DNA from: Halomicronema hongdechloris C2206
GTDB lineage: Bacteria; Cyanobacteriota; Cyanobacteriia; Phormidesmidales; Phormidesmidaceae
Reading direction: 5' to 3'
Length of the DNA stretch: 32,000 nucleotides
Assembly (NCBI RefSeq): GCF_002075285.3
Contig: NZ_CP021983.2
Span: 120,001 to 152,000 of the forward strand
The position numbers and the translations under genes were made by a program. Under the pieces are notes generated by a model. That model ran no database searches. It was not told where the DNA came from and worked only from the letters and a program-made list of their open reading frames with translations. This document shows positions 25,040 to 32,000 of this stretch, one piece after another. The number at the start of each line of letters is the position of its first letter. Positions within the stretch are counted from its first letter, which is position 1.

Positions 25040-25414
25040 ATGGGAAGACGACGCATTGCGCAATTATTAGGGCAGCTCAAGGACAATCAGGCCCGGGATA
25101 TTGAAAATGCAGCCGCCATCTATACGGTGGCTCAAGGGGCTGTCAATGCGCTCGATGACTCTCAGACAGTGCCTACCTTACCTGTTAGGCGCATTACCAA
25201 GGCGGAATTAGTACAGCGCTATGGTTCGTTTAATGGCTGTCGGCGAGCGGCTAAGGAGCAGGGGATTACGTTTCGCAAAACTCCTTCTTGGCATCAGTTA
25301 GAGGCGGCCTTTGCCTATCGAGATGCTTGTCATCAAATGGTCCGTGACTGCCTGACTAACTATCCCGAGGAACTACTGCAGGGAGTGAGCTTAACCATAT
25401 CGCTCCAGGATTAG
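25040..25414 (+). CDS. Hypothetical protein (124 aa), co-transcribed with 24418..25035
   Basis: Track ORF. The YGSFNGCRRAAKEQGITFRKTPSWHQLEAAF block resembles a conserved cyanobacterial hypothetical family I cannot name. Confidence 0.4.
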   Translation: MGRRRIAQLLGQLKDNQARDIENAAAIYTVAQGAVNALDDSQTVPTLPVRRITKAELVQRYGSFNGCRRAAKEQGITFRKTPSWHQLEAAFAYRDACHQMVRDCLTNYPEELLQGVSLTISLQD

Positions 25415-25499
25415 GCCGAGTTACCCTCTAAGCAAGGCTGTTCTTGGGGACATCTCATAGCTTGGTGCCATCGTCGGCGACATTGTCGGCTCTATCTAC

Positions 25500-25773
25500 G
25501 AAGGGCAGGTGCTACGGCGTCGGGATTTTCCGCTATTTGGCCAGGGCTGTTGTTTCACCAATGACACGGTGCTGACGGTTGCGATCGCCTGTGGAAAGGG
25601 CACCACCTCGGCCTGGAGATGATAGCTGTAGTGTGAGGGGGACTGTCCTTGAGCAGGACGTCCCGCTTGGTCATGAGGCACGATTGGCGGTCAATCGCTT
25701 CGACCAACCCCATTTCGTCAATGATGCCCGACACAATGCCCAGGTGATTGAGGTCTTGAACCTGTATACTCAA
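25500..25773 (-). pseudogene. Decayed N-terminal fragment of an IS4/IS1634-type transposase (DUF4277-like)
   Basis: Track ORF 25555..25773 starts MSIQVQDLNHLGIVSGIIDEMGLVEAIDRQ. This matches the conserved N-terminus (..IQN.DHLGIVAGIIDEIG.VE.I...LG) of cyanobacterial IS4-like transposases. Similarity then degenerates across frames, and no DDE domain follows. Confidence 0.45.
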
Positions 25774-25955
25774 ATCTCAAGGTATGAACGCTTCAAAAAA
25801 TACCCTACAGCTTTGTTCTTACCTGCGAAATGTCGGCTGGAACAGCACCGAGTCGAGCGACTTAAGTCCTTGATGGAGATCGCCAAGTGCTGAAACGATT
25901 TCGCAAAGAGATCTCCTAACTCGCTAGCAATTCACACTGTCCATGAATGCGATGG

Positions 25956-26306
25956 TCATGCGACCCGCCTAAGGCGAACGCACCACTGCTGAGCAAGTCT
26001 AGCAATCTCCTGTCGCTGACTCTCACTTCCCCAAAGCTCTGACCAACTTAGCTTCCATCGACTCAGCAATCGTTGCAGATCTACCAGCTCAGTCGCAAAG
26101 GCTATATCCGAATCCAAATCAATGCTTGGGACAGCCCACTCAATGAAGAATTGACTCTCTCTAACCAGGTGTTGAGCCACTGACTCATCTGTGCCGCTCT
26201 TTGCCAAGAGCTGGATCCGGGTCAAATTCAAGGCCAAGCTGTCCAGCTGAGTTGCCCGATTGGCCTGTAAATACTGTGTTTTGAGAATGTCCCAATTCAT
26301 TGCCAT
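25956..26306 (-). CDS. Hypothetical protein (116 aa), downstream partner of the DUF5674-like gene
   Basis: Track ORF. It overlaps the upstream gene by 10 nt (ATGGCAATGA). The internal ATG gives a classical ATGA overlap. Confidence 0.45.
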   Translation of the reverse strand: MAMNWDILKTQYLQANRATQLDSLALNLTRIQLLAKSGTDESVAQHLVRESQFFIEWAVPSIDLDSDIAFATELVDLQRLLSRWKLSWSELWGSESQRQEIARLAQQWCVRLRRVA

Positions 26307-26641
26307 TCAACGCCACCCAAAAGAGACTGCACGATTTGGCTGATATTTTCCCGCAGGCCAGAATCTTGAATTTCCATTGACCGATTATTGGCACTCGGAC
26401 GAATGTTGATGAGCGATTCGTATCCCACCGTCTGCCTGAGAGGATACCAGTCAGCGCCCCAAACATTAGCCTGCTCGCTGCCATCAGCCAGTAATACTAG
26501 CTCGCAATCCGCATGAAGCTCCCCACCTCCAGCCAGAATTCGGCGCTCGATATCTACCGCCAGTTTAATGTAGATCCCCAGAGCCTCCAGCATCTGACGC
26601 ATTTGTTCAGGTTCCGCACGGCTGCGGATGATATGAATCAT
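26297..26641 (-). CDS. DUF5674-like protein
   Basis: Track ORF of 114 aa. IKLAVDIERRILAGGGELHADCELVLLADGSEQANVWGADWYP...ESLINIRP matches my memory of the DUF5674 pattern. Confidence 0.5.
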   Translation of the reverse strand: MIHIIRSRAEPEQMRQMLEALGIYIKLAVDIERRILAGGGELHADCELVLLADGSEQANVWGADWYPLRQTVGYESLINIRPSANNRSMEIQDSGLRENISQIVQSLLGGVEWQ

Positions 26642-26824
26642 GGCAGTTCAGTTAACGGAATAGATGCAAATGTACCATGTCATGCTCATGATGAATGCCG
26701 AAGCTTCGGTACTTGCTGCCCAACATTTGCCCCTATTTTCCACAAACCTGCCATAGCCGCCCCTTAATCTTTGGCTTAAAGGGCCTCCGAGGGAACCCAT
26801 CCTCCACCCCTCGCCCTGGGAGTC

Positions 26825-27299
26825 ATGCCCAGCCGCCTTCCCAAAAATCTAACCGCCCTTCTCCTCGTCAGGATTTTAGCCCTCATCCTGCTGCTGGCCC
26901 CTATCTTTGGGCTTCCCCCAGCTCACGCTGAAGTCTGGGACGAGCATATCCCCTCCACCGTCTACAACGGGGCACTTGTCCCCGACTGGGGCCACATCAC
27001 CTTCTCCACCCTGCCTGTCATCAGCGAAGCTGGCTCCCTGCAAATCCCCGATTCCCTCGCGGCGCAACTGGGCTACAATCCTTCCCGCATCCAGAAAACA
27101 CCTCTATCGGGTGTTGATGCTCGGCGATCTGCAAGATGCCTTTGGCCTGGGAAACTTCGACCTCGCCACCATCGCCCAACTCACCGGGCAAACAGCCGTT
27201 GGCCACCTTGATCCTCCCGTTCACCGCTTCATGGCCGCCTATGGTCTGGGGCCAAGTCTGCCCAAGGATGGTTTCCCCGGGGCCGGTCAATCGCTTTAA
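26825..27299 (+). CDS. Short secreted protein gene, frameshifted near the A-run at 27094-27097
   Basis: Track ORF 26825..27211 has a signal peptide (LLLVRILALILLLAPIFGLPPAHA), then loses sense after GYNPSR. The overlapping frame (track ORF 26907..27299) continues VLMLGDLQDAFGLGNFDLATIAQLTGQ... to a TAA at 27297-27299. Confidence 0.5.
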
Positions 27300-27450
27300 T
27301 AGACTAAGAGTATTCCATCTAAAAAAATATTCTGATCTAGGCTATTGAACTCAGCCTATCTGGCCTGTTCAGCCAGCCCTTGGCTGAGTATTTAGCTGGA
27401 ACACTCTAAAACTGGTATAGCCCCTCAATAATCGCATCCAGGAGGTGTCC

Positions 27451-28542
27451 ATGCCCCTTGCCACTGAACTGCCGATTCCAGCTTTCTTCGACCCCACTCG
27501 GGTGGGAGAAGTCTGGCGGGTGCCCTATCAAGAGCGGGCTCAACAGGCCCAAGCCTGGGCCGAGAAGCAAGGCATCGCTCCAGTGTCCCAAGATGCCCGC
27601 CGCATTTGCCTGCTGCTGGTGGATGTGCAGAACACCTTCTGTATTCCTGGCTTCGAGCTATTCGTGGCCGGGCGTTCGGGTCAGGGCGCTGTGGACGACA
27701 ATCGCCGTCTCTGCGAATTCATCTATCGCCACCTCGGCCGCATCACCCAGATTGCCGCCACCCTGGATACCCATACCTCGAATCAGGTCTTTCATGCCCG
27801 GTTTTGGGTAGACGAGGACGGCAATCTGCCCCCCCCCATGACCTCCATCAGCTATGACGAGGTGAAACAGGGGAAATGGCGAGTCAATCCAGCGGTGGCA
27901 GATACCCTGCCCCATATCAGCTACGACGAGCTACAGCGCTATGCCCTGCACTATACTAAGCAGCTGAACCTCGACAGCAAATATCCCCTGACCATTTGGC
28001 CCTATCACTCCATGCTGGGGGGTATCGGCCATGCCCTAGTGTCAGCGGTGGAAGAAGCTTGCTTTTTTCACGACCTGGCCCGGGCCAGCCAAACCCGCTT
28101 CGAGATTAAGGGGGGCAATCCCTTGACGGAAAATTACTCGGTGTTGCGGCCCGAGGTCTTAGAAAACAGCCAGGGCGACGCCATCGCCCAAAAGAATACG
28201 GAGTTCTTAGAAACCCTACTGAGTTTCGACGCCATCATCATTGCCGGGCAAGCCAAGAGCCACTGTGTCGCCTGGACCATCTCCGATCTCTTGGACGAGA
28301 TCACCACTCGCGATGATCATTGGCGCAGCCGCCCCAAAGGGGCTAGACCGGTGCAGGGCCATCGCACCTTGGCCCAGAAGATCTATTTGCTAGAAGATTG
28401 CACCTCACCGGTGGTGGTACCCGGGGTAGTGGACTTTACCCAGCAAGCCGATGACGCCTTCCAGCGCTTTGCCGACGCCGGCATGCATCGGGTGAGCTCC
28501 ACGGATCCCCTAGAGGGCTGGCCAGGCTTTCCGGCGGCGTAG
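27451..28542 (+). CDS. Isochorismatase-family cysteine hydrolase (nicotinamidase-like)
   Basis: The track ORF starts at GTG 27445. The ATG at 27451 is preferred because GGAGG lies at 27441-27445. Motifs are CLLLVDVQNTFC (catalytic Asp region) and IIIAGQAKSHCVAWT (nucleophile Cys region). Confidence 0.7.
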   Translation: MPLATELPIPAFFDPTRVGEVWRVPYQERAQQAQAWAEKQGIAPVSQDARRICLLLVDVQNTFCIPGFELFVAGRSGQGAVDDNRRLCEFIYRHLGRITQIAATLDTHTSNQVFHARFWVDEDGNLPPPMTSISYDEVKQGKWRVNPAVADTLPHISYDELQRYALHYTKQLNLDSKYPLTIWPYHSMLGGIGHALVSAVEEACFFHDLARASQTRFEIKGGNPLTENYSVLRPEVLENSQGDAIAQKNTEFLETLLSFDAIIIAGQAKSHCVAWTISDLLDEITTRDDHWRSRPKGARPVQGHRTLAQKIYLLEDCTSPVVVPGVVDFTQQADDAFQRFADAGMHRVSSTDPLEGWPGFPAA

Positions 28543-28558
28543 CCCTCCAGTTGCCGGC

Positions 28559-30721
28559 TCAAATCACATCAAAGCTGATGGCTAAGGCCGCCAGTTGCCG
28601 GGCATCAATGGCCAAGGTATCCGCTTGCTCTGACGGGGAACGGCTCAAATCACTCAGCAGGCTGTCCACTACCTGGGTTGGATCCTCTAAGCCCACAGGT
28701 CCCCGGGTCTGTCCCGATTGGGAGGCCAGCTCTCGCAGGGCTCGCAGGGCCTGATCTAAGGGCGCGCTACTGGCAATCACCAGCACTTCCGTAGCACCTC
28801 GAGGCTCCTGGGTGACCAGGCGGAAGGGATCGCGGCCGGGATGGGGCAGGTAGAGCGTTTGCCCGGCCCCCAGACGAGTGACATCGCTGGCAGCGGTCCA
28901 TTGGTTGGGAAACAGCACCGCCATCTCGCCAGTGGCATCGATGACCAGGACACTGAGGTAGAGATCGCGGGCTTCCCGGTTCTCAATCCGAAACTGAATG
29001 CCCTGACCCACCGCCAATTGCCGCACCTGGGGGCGGGGAGCCGGTGGGGTGGGACTCCCCCGCACGGTAACGGCATTGGCCACAATGGCATCACCGCCTT
29101 CTGGGCTCATGGTCACGGCCACATCCAGACGAGAGGCCCCCGGATTCAAAATCAACTTCACCAGGCGAGCGGCCAGCAGGGATTGCACCTTCCCCTGCAG
29201 ACGAGCCAGGGCGGCATCCAGGTCTTCCCCAGGATGGCCGAAGGAACCCGGCAGGGGTTCCAGTTCCTGAGAAAACAGCCCCAGACTGTGATCGGGAGGC
29301 AGTGGCTGGGCGACCGCCAGGTCCGCTCGAGAAGCCGGCAACATCCGCCCCAGAATGTAGTGCACTTCCCCCTGGCCCAAGGGCAGCGGTTGAATGCGAG
29401 GCCATTGGCCAAGCGTTTGAGCTGCAGCATCTAGGTCGTCTCCCAGCGACGGATCGAGACCAAGGCGCAGCGACACATCTGTCGGGACGCCCCGTACCCT
29501 TTCCTGCAGGAGGGTGCCGGGCTGTCCTTCCCGTAGCAGGGTACCACGGCCAATCAGCCCCTGGCGTTCGCTCAATTGCAGGAAGCCCTGCTCGTCACCG
29601 TTGGCATCGATGGTGCTGAGTAAGGCATTCTGCTGAAAGGCTTCCAGGCTACGGGGATCAATGCCGCCCAGCCACACTTCTGCTTGCCGCCCCTGAATCT
29701 GGGTAATCACGGCCTCGGCTGGGGGGGCGACCTCGCCCACGAAGTAGATGGGTCGTTGACCATGGTCTTGGCCGGGGGCGACTTCCAGTTGAGGCTCTTG
29801 GCCACTGAAGGAAAGCTGGGTGGTGCTGCGGGCCACATTGGGCAGGGCACTGTTAAAGGGCTCTGCTCCCGTCTGCTGCCAGAGGTATTGGGTCAACAGA
29901 TAGGTGAAGGCGCCGGCGTAAAAGTCTTCGAAGGGGGCATCCGCGGCATATTGATCGCGACGGGTGGATGCGATCGCAACTCCCTGGGCAATTCCCTGGC
30001 GCCGCCGCCGGATAAACGCCTGGGGCGAGAGATCCAATCGCGATAACCAACTTTCCTGATAGGCCAACTCCTCCGGACTCATCTGCAGCTGGCCGCCACC
30101 ACTGCGGGCACGAATCCGCACATTGCCCCGGGTCCCCCCACCGGAGTGGCAACTATCCAACACCACCGTCACCTGATCTGTGGCCAGGGCCGCTATCAAC
30201 AAAAACAACGTATGGCCGGTGATATCTTGAACCACGCCGCCGGATTCTGGAAACCCCTGCGGCAGGGGGCTATCCACCGGCACTAGAGTGCTATTGAGGC
30301 CATCGGGATGGTCCTGATCGGGGTCCAACACCCGGGAACCATGGCCCGAGTAATGAAACACCACCACATCCCCTGGCCGAGCCTGCTGAATCAAATGCTC
30401 TTCAAAGGCCGTGAGGATGCCGGTACGGGTGGCCTGCTGATCGGTGACTGTGACAATGTCCTCAGGCTTGAACCCAAAGCGATGCACTAATAGGTGGTAT
30501 TGCAACTCCACATCGGTCAGGCATCCCAATAGGGGGGGAATCAACCCATCCTCAGGGTACTCATTGATTCCCACCAATAACGCCAGCTTGCGGGGCGTCT
30601 GCTGGGCCAACACCCGACCATGGCGCTGCGCCTGATACACCAGCTGGGCCTGGCTTAGCCCTAGCGCTGCCGCCATTCCCCCCATGAGTTGTAGGAAGTG
30701 CCGCCGCCTTAAATCAGCCAT
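28559..30721 (-). CDS. Exported caspase-family (peptidase C14) protein with Tat-type signal and DUF4384-like C-terminal domain
   Basis: The track ORF starts at TTG 30733. The ATG at 30721 gives MADLRRRHFLQLMGGMAAALGLSQA (twin-arginine motif). Caspase motifs are LALLVGINEYP, VVFHYSGHGS and VVLDSCHSGGGTRG. The C-terminal block IQFRIENREARDLYLSVLVIDATGEMAVLFPNQW...ATEVLVIASSAPL is like DUF4384. Confidence 0.8.
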   Translation of the reverse strand: MADLRRRHFLQLMGGMAAALGLSQAQLVYQAQRHGRVLAQQTPRKLALLVGINEYPEDGLIPPLLGCLTDVELQYHLLVHRFGFKPEDIVTVTDQQATRTGILTAFEEHLIQQARPGDVVVFHYSGHGSRVLDPDQDHPDGLNSTLVPVDSPLPQGFPESGGVVQDITGHTLFLLIAALATDQVTVVLDSCHSGGGTRGNVRIRARSGGGQLQMSPEELAYQESWLSRLDLSPQAFIRRRRQGIAQGVAIASTRRDQYAADAPFEDFYAGAFTYLLTQYLWQQTGAEPFNSALPNVARSTTQLSFSGQEPQLEVAPGQDHGQRPIYFVGEVAPPAEAVITQIQGRQAEVWLGGIDPRSLEAFQQNALLSTIDANGDEQGFLQLSERQGLIGRGTLLREGQPGTLLQERVRGVPTDVSLRLGLDPSLGDDLDAAAQTLGQWPRIQPLPLGQGEVHYILGRMLPASRADLAVAQPLPPDHSLGLFSQELEPLPGSFGHPGEDLDAALARLQGKVQSLLAARLVKLILNPGASRLDVAVTMSPEGGDAIVANAVTVRGSPTPPAPRPQVRQLAVGQGIQFRIENREARDLYLSVLVIDATGEMAVLFPNQWTAASDVTRLGAGQTLYLPHPGRDPFRLVTQEPRGATEVLVIASSAPLDQALRALRELASQSGQTRGPVGLEDPTQVVDSLLSDLSRSPSEQADTLAIDARQLAALAISFDVI

Positions 30722-30753
30722 GGGAGCACACAAAACCGCTGTAGACCATGCTT

Positions 30754-30871
30754 AGAGGATATTTGGAAGGTTCCCTGCAACCTTGCTTCAGACTGGCTTC
30801 TGGTCAACAAAACCATACACCCTAAAACGCCTACCCTAGAGGCCTTTCAGCTGAGTTTCCAAATGTCCTCT
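30754..30871 (-). mobile_element. MITE-like element, copy B (118 nt), inverted relative to copy A
   Basis: The plus strand has AGAGGATATTTGGAAG at 30754-30769 and TTTCCAAATGTCCTCT at 30856-30871, giving 14/16 complementarity. The reverse complement aligns over its full length with 11995..12113, with 19 differences including one 1-nt gap. Confidence 0.7.
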
Positions 30872-30930
30872 TAAGCCTACAGCGCCTGAGAGCACAGATC
30901 CCGATCAAAATCGGGAGTCTTTGAGCCTTC

Positions 30931-31656
30931 TTATTGATAATTCACAATGCGAGCAAAGCCCTCCGGATCCAAGCTGGCTCCCCCCACTAAAGCCCCGTCA
31001 ATCTCCGGTTGAGCCATGATGTCATCAATGTTGCCGGGCTTCACCGAGCCGCCATACTGAATCGACACATTCGGATCGCTCAATTGTTGCCGAATCAAGC
31101 CAATGACTCGGTTTGCCTCCTTAGCTTCACAGGTGTCCCCAGTACCGATGGCCCAAATCGGTTCATAGGCCACCACCAAATTGCTCTGGTCAATATCCAC
31201 CAAATCCCGAGACAGCTGCTGGCGAATCACCGCTTCCGTCTCTCCAGCATCCCGCTGCTGCTTCGTTTCTCCCACACAGAGGATCGGTTTCAGCCCATGG
31301 CGTTGGGCTGCCTGGAGTCGCTGGTTTACGGTTTCGTCAGTCTCACCAAAGTACTGCCGTCGCTCGCTATGGCCCACGATGACATAGCGAACGCCCAACT
31401 CCACCAGCATATCTCCGGAAATTTCGCCAGTGAAGGCTCCCGAGTCTTCCCAGTGGATATTCTGGGCTCCCACCTTAATCAAGCCCCCATGGAGGTGTTT
31501 AGAGAGGGCGCTGAGGGCGGTAAACGGGGCACAGAGAACCACCTCTCGCTCATCTGGAGCGGTCTCCATCTGCCCCATAAATCCCTTCAAGAACTCCAGG
31601 GCCTCCGCCTGGGTCTTGTTCATTTTCCAATTACCGGCAATAACGATTGTGCGCAC
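30931..31656 (-). CDS. tpiA: Triosephosphate isomerase
   Basis: Track ORF of 241 aa (GTG start). It carries the canonical TIM motifs [24 protein letters not shown] and YGGSV. Confidence 0.95.
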   Translation of the reverse strand: MRTIVIAGNWKMNKTQAEALEFLKGFMGQMETAPDEREVVLCAPFTALSALSKHLHGGLIKVGAQNIHWEDSGAFTGEISGDMLVELGVRYVIVGHSERRQYFGETDETVNQRLQAAQRHGLKPILCVGETKQQRDAGETEAVIRQQLSRDLVDIDQSNLVVAYEPIWAIGTGDTCEAKEANRVIGLIRQQLSDPNVSIQYGGSVKPGNIDDIMAQPEIDGALVGGASLDPEGFARIVNYQ

Positions 31657-31773
31657 AGGCCGTTCGATCCATCGATTGCATCATTGCATCGTACCGAGAA
31701 AGGGAGTCTGAATCAAATGGGAGGGCATAAGCGATCCATTTCCATAATGAGAATTACTGGCCTCCTAGCGGGG

Positions 31774-31915
31774 CAAAGGTGAGCGAACGCACCATAAAGG
31801 TGAGTGGATGCACCCAAAAGGTGGATGAGAGCAGCAAAAAGGTGCTCGGGTCCACCCTAAGGGTGAGCGGGAGTACCAAAAAGGTGCTCGGATCCACCAG
31901 AAAGGTGCGCTTAAA
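31774..31915. repeat. Seven strictly phased 21-nt tandem repeats (core AARGTG ... CAC)
   Basis: The GTG of the core falls at 31779, 31800, 31821, 31842, 31863, 31884 and 31905, exactly 21 nt apart. The interior of the units is variable. Confidence 0.9.
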
Positions 31916-32000
31916 ACATGGATAGGACCGGTCTAGCCCCTCTGAGACGGCTTAGCCAATGACCCTCGCACGTCTCATCCCAGGCAATCCTACGAGGTTA

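Noticed and set aside
30900-30915. Hairpin CCCGAT-CAAA-ATCGGG 16 nt downstream of the tpiA stop as a terminator.
   Set aside because: The stem is only 6 bp and no U-run follows on the transcribed (minus) strand. It is too weak to call.
31009-31782. 257-aa plus-strand ORF (TTG start) covering the tpiA locus.
   Set aside because: It is fully antisense to a textbook triosephosphate isomerase gene and has no motifs of its own.

Overview
This looks like a cyanobacterial chromosomal segment. By eye it is moderately GC-rich, carries 18 copies of the HIP1 octamer GCGATCGC, has STRR-like heptamer and octamer tandem repeats, and contains pentapeptide-repeat genes. No rRNA, tRNA or CRISPR array was recognised.

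Gene order:
- 1-14.2 kb: exported GHL10-like hydrolase (partial), peptide-type ABC permease, SLC12/APC-like transporter, PlsC-like acyltransferase, alpha/beta hydrolase, membrane GGDEF cyclase, amidase, a small trypco2-like protein, a 2TM protein, a D27-like (DUF4033) protein and an ABC-F ATPase.
- 14.2-21.1 kb: the most interesting locus. A second trypco2-like small gene is transcribed divergently from two tandem paralogous giant genes. Each encodes caspase (C14) + STAND P-loop NTPase + one hydrophobic helix + an uninterrupted pentapeptide-repeat array (about 55 vs 19 units) + a conserved Cys-containing tail. I read this as a candidate NTPase-centred conflict or programmed-death module with no experimentally described counterpart that I know of.
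- 21.3-27.3 kb: accessory-looking. It holds a translationally coupled three-gene cassette (antitoxin-like / unknown His-rich / DUF1828-1829-like), a DUF2207-like protein with a zinc ribbon and poly-Gly tail, two hypothetical gene pairs, a decayed transposase N-terminus and a frameshifted secreted-protein gene.
- 27.4-32 kb: isochorismatase-family hydrolase, a third caspase (Tat signal + DUF4384-like C-terminus), tpiA, and a strictly phased 21-nt x7 repeat.

Other notable sequence-level observations:
- A roughly 119-nt MITE-like element with 16-nt terminal inverted repeats is present twice, each time just upstream of a gene.
- A near-identical tract spans the upstream region and first 101 nt of the two caspase-STAND paralogues.
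- Many local +/-1 indels, often compensated, sit inside otherwise conserved genes. This suggests homopolymer-type assembly errors or real decay.

All family names are from memory of sequence motifs. No searches were run.
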